From NCBI GenBank assembly GCA_964584035.1, contig CAZOYL010000071.1, positions 1 through 13,316 of the forward strand: a stretch of 13,316 bases of DNA, read 5' to 3'. Origin of the DNA: an uncultured Gemmatimonadota bacterium. Lineage in GTDB: Bacteria > SM23-81. Position 1 is the first letter of the stretch, and the number at the start of each line of letters is the position of its first letter. A model generated the notes under the pieces. That model had not been told where the DNA came from, made no database searches, and saw nothing but the letters and a program-made list of their open reading frames with translations. Below are positions 6,906-13,316 of the stretch, piece after piece. Position numbers and translations under genes: made by a program.

Positions 6906-8231
6906 ATGGCAAAAGAAAAGATCAGCGTGGTCATCATGGGCGCCGCCGGGCGTGATTTTCACAATTTCAATGTCCGATTCCGCGACGATGAGAGATATCG
7001 TGTGGTGGCTTTTACTGCCGCCCAGATCCCCGATATCGAGGGCCGCCGGTATCCTCCGGAGCTGTCCGGAAACCTGTATCCGGAAGGCATTCCCATCCTG
7101 GCGGAGGAGGATCTGAAGACGATACTCGAGGAGCATGGTGTCCAACAGGTTATCTTCTCCTACAGCGATGTCTCGCACCACTATGTCATGTATGAGGCCA
7201 ACCGGGTCAATTCCTGGGGGACCGACTTCGTCCTCCTGGGTGTCGGTCCCACCATGATAAAGAGCTCCAAGCCGGTCATCGCCATCGGGGCGGTGCGCAC
7301 CGGCTGCGGCAAGAGTCAGACCACCCGGCGGGTGCTGGAAGTCCTCAAGGAGATGGGCAAAAAGGCGGTCGTCATCCGGCATCCCATGCCCTACGGCAAT
7401 CTCGTCGAACAAAAGGTACAGCGGTTTGCCACTTACCAGGATCTGGATCGTCACCGTTGCACCGTGGAGGAGCGGGAGGAATATGAACCCCACATCGATT
7501 GCGGCAACGTGGTCTATGCCGGAGTGGACTACGGTCTGATTCTGGAGCAGGCCGAGCAGGAGGCCGATGTCATCGTCTGGGACGGCGGCAACAACGACTT
7601 CCCATTCTACCGCCCGGATCTGTTCATCGTTTTGGTCGATCCCCATCGCCCGGGACATGAGCTGGGCTTTTACCCCGGCCACACCTGCCTGAGCATGGCC
7701 GATGTGATCGTGGTCAACAAACAGGATACAGCCCGGCCCGAGGACATCGAGATCGTCAAACACAACGCTCACCAGATCAATCCATCGGCCGTCATGATCA
7801 ATGCCAATTCCCCAGTCACCGTTGAGCGGCCCGAGATCATCGAGGGGAAACGGGTGCTGGTGGTGGAAGACGGTCCCACGCTGACCCACGGCGGCATGGA
7901 ATATGGCGCCGGGACCGTGGCTGCGCGCAAGTATGGCGCCGCCGAGATCATCGATCCCCGGCCCTATCTCAAGGGGTCCCTGAAGGACACCTATCGCACC
8001 TATCCCGAGATCGGACATCTTCTCCCGGCCATGGGGTATGGCGCCGGACAGGTTGCCGATCTGGAGGAGACCATCGCCGCCGTTCCCTGCGATGCGGTGG
8101 TTCTGGGAACACCCATCGATCTGACCCGGATTCTGAAGATCGAGCAGCCCCATGTCCGCGTGCACTACGAGTTGGAGGAGATCGGGAAACCCGATCTGAC
8201 CGGAGTGCTGGGCGATTTTTTCGGCGCCTGA
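6906..8231 (+). CDS. arcE: COG2403 P-loop enzyme, usually annotated 'cyclic 2,3-diphosphoglycerate synthase/GTPase'; probable arginine synthetase
   Basis: Motifs IMGAAGRDFHNFN, P-loop AVRTGCGKSQT, RHPMPYG, EEREEYEPH, WDGGNND, EDGPTLTHGGM and LPAMGY. GAGGT at 6896-6900 supports the ATG at 6906. Family assignment is strong. The ArcE function is inferred from recalled similarity to the Thermococcus kodakarensis enzyme and from adjacency to rocA. Confidence 0.78.
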   Translation: MAKEKISVVIMGAAGRDFHNFNVRFRDDERYRVVAFTAAQIPDIEGRRYPPELSGNLYPEGIPILAEEDLKTILEEHGVQQVIFSYSDVSHHYVMYEANRVNSWGTDFVLLGVGPTMIKSSKPVIAIGAVRTGCGKSQTTRRVLEVLKEMGKKAVVIRHPMPYGNLVEQKVQRFATYQDLDRHRCTVEEREEYEPHIDCGNVVYAGVDYGLILEQAEQEADVIVWDGGNNDFPFYRPDLFIVLVDPHRPGHELGFYPGHTCLSMADVIVVNKQDTARPEDIEIVKHNAHQINPSAVMINANSPVTVERPEIIEGKRVLVVEDGPTLTHGGMEYGAGTVAARKYGAAEIIDPRPYLKGSLKDTYRTYPEIGHLLPAMGYGAGQVADLEETIAAVPCDAVVLGTPIDLTRILKIEQPHVRVHYELEEIGKPDLTGVLGDFFGA

Positions 8232-8314
8232 CCGGCGGCGGACGACGGTTGATCTGAATGAAGGGCTCTCGGACCGGACTGTCCAGGCCCAGGTTCTCAG
8301 AGGAGAGGAAAACG

Positions 8315-9448
8315 ATGAAGGTCCACGAGTACCAGGCCAAAGAAATTTTCGCCGATTATGGTATCCCCATTCCTCCGGGTCAGGTGGCCGACACTCCCGG
8401 GCAGGTCAGGGAGATCGCCGCCCGGGTCGGTCCGCCGGTGATGGTCAAAGCGCAGGTCCATGTCGGCGGCCGGGGCAAAGCCGGCGGCATCAAATTGGCC
8501 AGGACGGTGGATCAGGCCGGCGAGCTGAGCGAGAAGATACTGGGCATGAAGATCAAGGGCCTGGAAGTGCGCAAGGTTCTCATCTATAAAGCGCTGGATA
8601 TCGACAGTGAAGCCTATCTGGGCGTCATCGTGGATCGAGCCAATCAGGTTCCCGTCGTCATGGTCAGCGCGGCCGGCGGCGTGGATATCGAGGAGGTGGC
8701 CCGGGAGACGCCCGAGAAGATCCACAAGCTGGCCGTGGATCCCCTGTTCGGTCTGCAGGCCTATCAGGCCAGAGAGCTGGCTTTTCGGATCTACGATGAT
8801 CCCGGCGTGGCCCTGCGGGCAGCCAGGATCCTGCAGCAGCTGTACCGGGCCTTCTGGGAATGCGATGCCAGCCTGATGGAGATCAATCCTCTGGTGGTCA
8901 CCGGCGACGGTCAGGTGATGGCCCTGGACGCCAAATTCAACGTGGACGACAACGCCCTCTACCGCCAGCCGCGCATCGCCCAGATGAGAGATGCCGCTGC
9001 CGAGGTTCCCGAGGAACTGGAGGCCAGAGAGGAGGGCCTCAGTTACGTCAAGCTGGATGGAGCCGTGGGATGCATTGTCAATGGAGCCGGCCTGGCCATG
9101 GGCACTATGGATCTGATCAAGTACTATGGCGGCGAGCCGGCCAATTTCCTGGACATCGGCGGCAGCTCCAGCCCTCAGAAGGTCAAAACGGCCATGGACA
9201 TCCTGCTCCGGGATAGCAACGTCAAAGTGATCCTTTTTAATATATTCGGCGGCATCACCCGGTGCGATGACGTGGCCAACGGGCTGATCGCGGCCATCGG
9301 GGAGATGGGCGCGAATCTGCCCATGGTCATTCGCCTGACCGGCACCAATGCGGAGCAGGCCAAAGAGATTCTCCGAGGGGCCGATCTCACGGCGGTCGAT
9401 TCAATGGAGGAGGTTGTTCAGCGAGCGGTTCAGATGGCCGAAGCTTAG
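8315..9448 (+). CDS. sucC: Succinyl-CoA ligase (ADP-forming) beta subunit
   Basis: Motifs MKVHEYQAK, KAQVHVGGRGKAGG, EINPL, LDAK, VNGAGLAM, PANFLDIGG and NIFGGITRCD. A purine-rich RBS (AGGAGAGGA) precedes the ATG at 8315. Confidence 0.96.
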   Translation: MKVHEYQAKEIFADYGIPIPPGQVADTPGQVREIAARVGPPVMVKAQVHVGGRGKAGGIKLARTVDQAGELSEKILGMKIKGLEVRKVLIYKALDIDSEAYLGVIVDRANQVPVVMVSAAGGVDIEEVARETPEKIHKLAVDPLFGLQAYQARELAFRIYDDPGVALRAARILQQLYRAFWECDASLMEINPLVVTGDGQVMALDAKFNVDDNALYRQPRIAQMRDAAAEVPEELEAREEGLSYVKLDGAVGCIVNGAGLAMGTMDLIKYYGGEPANFLDIGGSSSPQKVKTAMDILLRDSNVKVILFNIFGGITRCDDVANGLIAAIGEMGANLPMVIRLTGTNAEQAKEILRGADLTAVDSMEEVVQRAVQMAEA

Positions 9449-9461
9449 CCCGTGGGCCGTG

Positions 9462-11750
9462 ATGATGCCATCGATGAAACAGACTGTCGACGACCAGATC
9501 GTCACCGGCAGAGCCGTCTTTATCTGGGGAGCCCTGGCTATACTGATCCCCTTGGTGGTCTATCTGCGCACCCTGTGTCCGACCATTTACTCCGGAGACA
9601 GCGGCGAATTGATCACCGGGGCGTACTGTCTGGGCATCGTTCATCCCCCGGGATACCCGATATACTGTTTGCTGGGCCGGCTCTTTTCTCTGTTGCCGAT
9701 GGGCGGTGTAGCTCATCGGCTGAATTTCTTTTCGAGCCTGTGCGCCCTGCTGTGCGCCGGCCTCATCTTTCTGCTGGCCCGGGAGCTGATCATCCGATCT
9801 CGCCGCCGGACCGCGGATCGATCCGTCTCCGGCGGTCCCTGGATTGAGGGTGCCGCCCTGCTGGCCGCTCTGGCCTGCGCTTTTTCCCGGACCCTGTGGA
9901 CCCAGGCCGTGATCGCCGAGGTCTATGCGCTCCATCTGCTGTTTCTGCTGCTCTGTATGGCCTCTCTGCTCTGGTGGCAAAGAACCGGGGAGGGGCGTTT
10001 TCTTCTTCTATTCGCCTTTATCTATGGCCTCAGCCTGAGCCATCATCCCGGGGCGCTGCTGGCGGCTCCGGCCTTTCTGATTTTTCTGCTCTGGCATCGC
10101 GGCCGGCTCTTTGAAAACCGCAACATTCCCTTTCTGATGCTGGGATTGCTGATTCTCGGTTTAACACCGCAGCTGTATCTGCTCCTCCGGGCTTTGGGCA
10201 GACCGCCCCTGGATTGGGGACACCCGGCGGGCCTGGAAAAGCTGTTGGCTCATGTCACCCGGGCCTCTTACGGCAGCCTGAGCAAACATCCCCGGTCCCT
10301 GGCCTTGCTGGGAAAGCAGCTGGTCGCCTGGGCCGGTCTGCTGGCGCGGCAGATGGGTCGCGGCTGGCCGCTTGTGGCTCTGGTCGGCCTGGTGGTCCTG
10401 TTTCGACGTCTGCGGGATTGGGCCGTCTTCACCCTGATCCTGTTCGGGACCACGGGATTGGGCATCATCGCTCTGTTGAATTTTCACGACACCCAGCGGG
10501 AACTGTATCTGGTGCGGGTATTCTTCATCCCGGCCTTTGCCGTGATGGCCCTCTGGCTGGGACTGGGAGTGGCCTGGATGGCCGAACGGCTGATGGTCTG
10601 GGCGGGCCCGGGCAGAAAGCCTGCGGCTCGATCGCTGGGGTGGATCCTGGGCTGTCTCATCCCTCTGCTGGCCATCGTTCCCGGCCGGCACAATTTCGCG
10701 GCCGGCGACCATAGCCGGGAATGGATGGTGGCCCGGCTGGGCCGGAGTCTGCTGACCACTCTGGAACCTCAGGCGATCCTGTTCACCGGCCGGGACACGC
10801 CCACCTTTGCCGTGGCCTACACCCGCATTGTGGAGGGCTTGAGGCCAGATGTCAGCCTGAAACATTCCGGTTCGGGTGATATCTTTCGATGGCTTCAGCC
10901 CCCGCCCGTGCCGGCCGATCCCCGCCGCCGGCCGCTCTATGGAACGATGCCCGGGGAGCTCCCGGACATCCCCGGGTGGCGCCCTCACGGCCTGGGCATG
11001 CTCTATCAGCTCCGCCAGGAGCCGGTCGAGACAGAGACATTATTACAGGTCTGGGAGGAGTATCCCTGGGATCCTCCGGACCGCCGGCGCCTGCGGGAGG
11101 ATTTCTTCCTGCGGGAGTTATTTCAGAATCTGGTCGCGGCCCGGGGTAATCTGGCCGGGGAGCTGGCCCGCAGGGGAGAGTTCGATGCGGCCCTGCGGCA
11201 GGCCGGAATGGCCGTGGCGATGGATTCCACCTTCTACGGGTCACATCTGGCCCTGGGTCAGGTCTATATTCATCAGGGCCGCTATCGGCAGGCGATCGAG
11301 TCCTGCCAAGCCGCCCGGCGGCTGGCTCCGGAGCGGGCCGAAGTCGTCGATCACCTGGCCCTGGCCTACCTCAGGGCGGACTCGTCCGACCGGGCGATCG
11401 AGCTTTACCGCCAGAGTCTGGCCCTTCAGCCCGGCCGGGCTCAGGTCTACAACGATCTGGGATTGGCTCTCAAACAGGCCGGACGATACCGCGAGGCCGC
11501 TGGGGTCTATCGACGGGCCATCGAGCTGGATGCCCGGTTTCCGGATCCGTTGAGGAATCTGGGCGTTCTGTTGGCCTACCGGTTGAACAGCCCTCTCGAG
11601 GCCGCCGGCCTCTGGGAACGGTATCTTCGCTTGCGGCCGGACGATCCCGAGGCGGCCGATATCCGGGCCGAGATCCTACGGCTGCGGAATAGAGCATCAG
11701 ATGAGCACATTTTCAGGGAGGAAACACCAACAGGAGAAATGGACCCATGA
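9462..11750 (+). CDS. DUF2723/TMEM260-like GT-C membrane glycosyltransferase with C-terminal TPR repeats
   Basis: [17 protein letters not shown]...[12 protein letters not shown] and [10 protein letters not shown] signatures, many hydrophobic helices, then TPR-like units ([54 protein letters not shown]). The start is uncertain (9459/9462/9465/9474) and has no clear RBS. Confidence 0.85.
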   Translation: MMPSMKQTVDDQIVTGRAVFIWGALAILIPLVVYLRTLCPTIYSGDSGELITGAYCLGIVHPPGYPIYCLLGRLFSLLPMGGVAHRLNFFSSLCALLCAGLIFLLARELIIRSRRRTADRSVSGGPWIEGAALLAALACAFSRTLWTQAVIAEVYALHLLFLLLCMASLLWWQRTGEGRFLLLFAFIYGLSLSHHPGALLAAPAFLIFLLWHRGRLFENRNIPFLMLGLLILGLTPQLYLLLRALGRPPLDWGHPAGLEKLLAHVTRASYGSLSKHPRSLALLGKQLVAWAGLLARQMGRGWPLVALVGLVVLFRRLRDWAVFTLILFGTTGLGIIALLNFHDTQRELYLVRVFFIPAFAVMALWLGLGVAWMAERLMVWAGPGRKPAARSLGWILGCLIPLLAIVPGRHNFAAGDHSREWMVARLGRSLLTTLEPQAILFTGRDTPTFAVAYTRIVEGLRPDVSLKHSGSGDIFRWLQPPPVPADPRRRPLYGTMPGELPDIPGWRPHGLGMLYQLRQEPVETETLLQVWEEYPWDPPDRRRLREDFFLRELFQNLVAARGNLAGELARRGEFDAALRQAGMAVAMDSTFYGSHLALGQVYIHQGRYRQAIESCQAARRLAPERAEVVDHLALAYLRADSSDRAIELYRQSLALQPGRAQVYNDLGLALKQAGRYREAAGVYRRAIELDARFPDPLRNLGVLLAYRLNSPLEAAGLWERYLRLRPDDPEAADIRAEILRLRNRASDEHIFREETPTGEMDP

Positions 11751-12640
11751 GCATACTGGTCGATAGCAACACGAAGCTGGTCGTTCAGGGCATCACCGGG
11801 CGGGATGGAGCCTTTCATGCCGGGCAGATGAAGGAGTACGGAACCAGGGTGGTGGCCGGCGTGACGCCGGGCAAGGGTGGGCAGGAGGTGCAGGGGATCC
11901 CGGTATTCAACACGGTCGGGGAAGCCGTCGAAAAGGAAGGGGCCAACACCTCGATCATCTATGTGCCCGGCGCCTTTGCTCCGGATGCCATTTACGAGGC
12001 GGCCGACGCCGGCTGCGGTCTGATCGTCTGTATTACCGAGGGCATTCCGACACGCGAGATGATCACCGTGATGCAATACCTGTCGGCCGGCCAATCCCGA
12101 CTCCTGGGACCCAACAGCCCCGGCCTGATCTCTCCCGGCCAGTCCAAAGTGGGCATCCTCCCGGGCCGTATCTTCCAGCCGGGACCGGTGGGAGTGGTTT
12201 CCCGCAGCGGAACCCTGACGTATGAGGTGGCCTACCAGCTGACCATGGCCGGCCTGGGCCAGAGCACGGTGATCGGGCTGGGAGGCGATCCCGTCATCGG
12301 CACCCGGTTCGTGGATGTCCTGGAGCTGTTCGAGGCCGATCCGGACACCCGGGCAATGGTCCTCATCGGCGAGATCGGCGGCACCGATGAAGAGGAGGCG
12401 GCCGAGTATATCTCTCAGCAGGTCAGCAAACCGGTGGCGGCTTTCATCGCCGGCCGGACGGCTCCTCCGGGCAAGCGCATGGGGCACGCCGGTGCGATCA
12501 TCTCCGGCGGATCCGGAACGGCCGAGGAGAAGATCGCCGCTCTGGAGAAGGCCGGCATCCCCGTGGCCGACCGGCCGGCCGACATCGTCGACCTGGTTCA
12601 GAAGCAGCTGGAAGAGGGATCATCGCCGGATCGGCAGTAA
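11747..12640 (+). CDS. sucD: Succinyl-CoA ligase alpha subunit
   Basis: Motifs [47 protein letters not shown] and MGHAGA (phospho-His). RBS AGGAG at 11732-11736. ATGA overlap with the upstream stop. Confidence 0.97.
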   Translation: MSILVDSNTKLVVQGITGRDGAFHAGQMKEYGTRVVAGVTPGKGGQEVQGIPVFNTVGEAVEKEGANTSIIYVPGAFAPDAIYEAADAGCGLIVCITEGIPTREMITVMQYLSAGQSRLLGPNSPGLISPGQSKVGILPGRIFQPGPVGVVSRSGTLTYEVAYQLTMAGLGQSTVIGLGGDPVIGTRFVDVLELFEADPDTRAMVLIGEIGGTDEEEAAEYISQQVSKPVAAFIAGRTAPPGKRMGHAGAIISGGSGTAEEKIAALEKAGIPVADRPADIVDLVQKQLEEGSSPDRQ

Positions 12641-12687
12641 GGGAAACCCTCTTTCCGGAAAGAACACCGGATCGCTCCGGAAAGGTC

Positions 12688-12716
12688 TTGACAATGTTGG
12701 ATCAATGTACTAAAAT
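12688..12716 (+). promoter_or_regulatory. Sigma70-type promoter for the kor genes
   Basis: TTGACA (12688-12693), 17-nt spacer, TAAAAT (12711-12716). Confidence 0.75.
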
Positions 12717-12772
12717 CAGTAGAGATACTCTATTTCTCGAATTGTTGGTTCTCTTACGATGAGGAATGGGCG

Positions 12773-13054
12773 ATGAAATATTGGCGACGGCCTCTGGACA
12801 GCGATGAGGTCAGGGTTCCACACGGTGAGGTTCACATCATTCTTGACCGTTGTAAGGGGTGCGGGTTCTGCGTGGAATATTGCCCTAAGGATGTATTGGA
12901 GATGTCCGAGGAATATAACGCCAAGGGATATCATCCGCCCCGCGTGAAGGACCCTGAGAGTTGTGTGCAGTGCCAGCTGTGCGAGATGCTGTGCCCGGAT
13001 TTTGCCATCTTTGTTCTTCCCAAGGAGCCAAAGGAGGCCCGTGTTGAAGGCTGA
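12773..13054 (+). CDS. korD: 2[4Fe-4S] ferredoxin-like delta subunit of a 2-oxoacid:ferredoxin oxidoreductase
   Basis: Motifs [20 protein letters not shown] and [21 protein letters not shown] lies upstream, and the gene overlaps the alpha-subunit gene. Confidence 0.9.
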   Translation: MKYWRRPLDSDEVRVPHGEVHIILDRCKGCGFCVEYCPKDVLEMSEEYNAKGYHPPRVKDPESCVQCQLCEMLCPDFAIFVLPKEPKEARVEG

Positions 13055-13316
13055 TCCCAAAGGGGTAATGACCGGCGATCACTTCCTGGACGGCGATCAC
13101 GCCTGCGCCGAGGGAGCTCTGGCGGCCGGCTGCCGGTTTTTCGGCGGATACCCCATCACGCCGTCCACCGAGGTGGCCGAGAGATTTTCCCAGCGCTGTC
13201 CCCAGGTGGGAGCCATCTTTATTCAGATGGAGGACGAGCTGGGATCTCTGGCCAGCGTCATCGGAGCCGTCTGGAGCGGGCGCAAGGCCATGACGGTCAC
13301 CTCGGGTCCCGGTTTT
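13044..13316 (+). CDS. korA: 2-oxoacid (probably 2-oxoglutarate):ferredoxin oxidoreductase alpha subunit, 5' part, cut by the window edge
   Basis: Not in the ORF track. Manual translation gives [91 protein letters not shown], with YPITP, QMEDE and TSGPG motifs. AGGAGG at 13032-13037 supports the TTG at 13044 (GTG at 13041 is an alternative). Confidence 0.92.
   Translation, partial: MKADPKGVMTGDHFLDGDHACAEGALAAGCRFFGGYPITPSTEVAERFSQRCPQVGAIFIQMEDELGSLASVIGAVWSGRKAMTVTSGPGF

Noticed and set aside
6732..8165. 477-aa minus-strand ORF (and similar ones at 472-1206, 5325-6074, 10161-10988, 11576-12487)
   Set aside because: Antisense shadows of well-supported + strand genes, with no recognisable domains.
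11701..11754. ATGAGCA at 11701 resembling the sucD start at 11747, as a possible insertion scar
   Set aside because: Only 7 nt, both copies lie on the same side of the inserted gene, and they are out of frame with each other; consistent with chance.
12716..13060. 114-aa minus-strand ORF
   Set aside because: Antisense to korD, which has two clear 4Fe-4S motifs.

Overview
GC-rich bacterial chromosomal window, probably from an anaerobe (inferred from gene content). All credible genes lie on the + strand in four blocks, separated by AT-rich gaps with near-consensus sigma70 promoters. (1) An unknown ORF, a DHH/DHHA1 phosphoesterase and a group III 6-phosphofructokinase. (2) A single-chain transketolase. 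(3) A cluster behind a Rex-type operator: P5C dehydrogenase (rocA/pruA), a COG2403 P-loop enzyme that looks like arginine synthetase ArcE, sucC, a DUF2723/TMEM260-like GT-C glycosyltransferase with TPRs, and sucD. (4) The start of a 2-oxoacid:ferredoxin oxidoreductase operon (korD, partial korA). Three observations stand out: a possibly redox-controlled, energy-conserving arginine-to-succinate cluster; a membrane glycosyltransferase wedged between sucC and sucD; and a perfect-consensus minus-strand promoter with no downstream gene, firing into a degenerate 12-bp tandem array. All calls come from reading motifs by eye; no searches were run.
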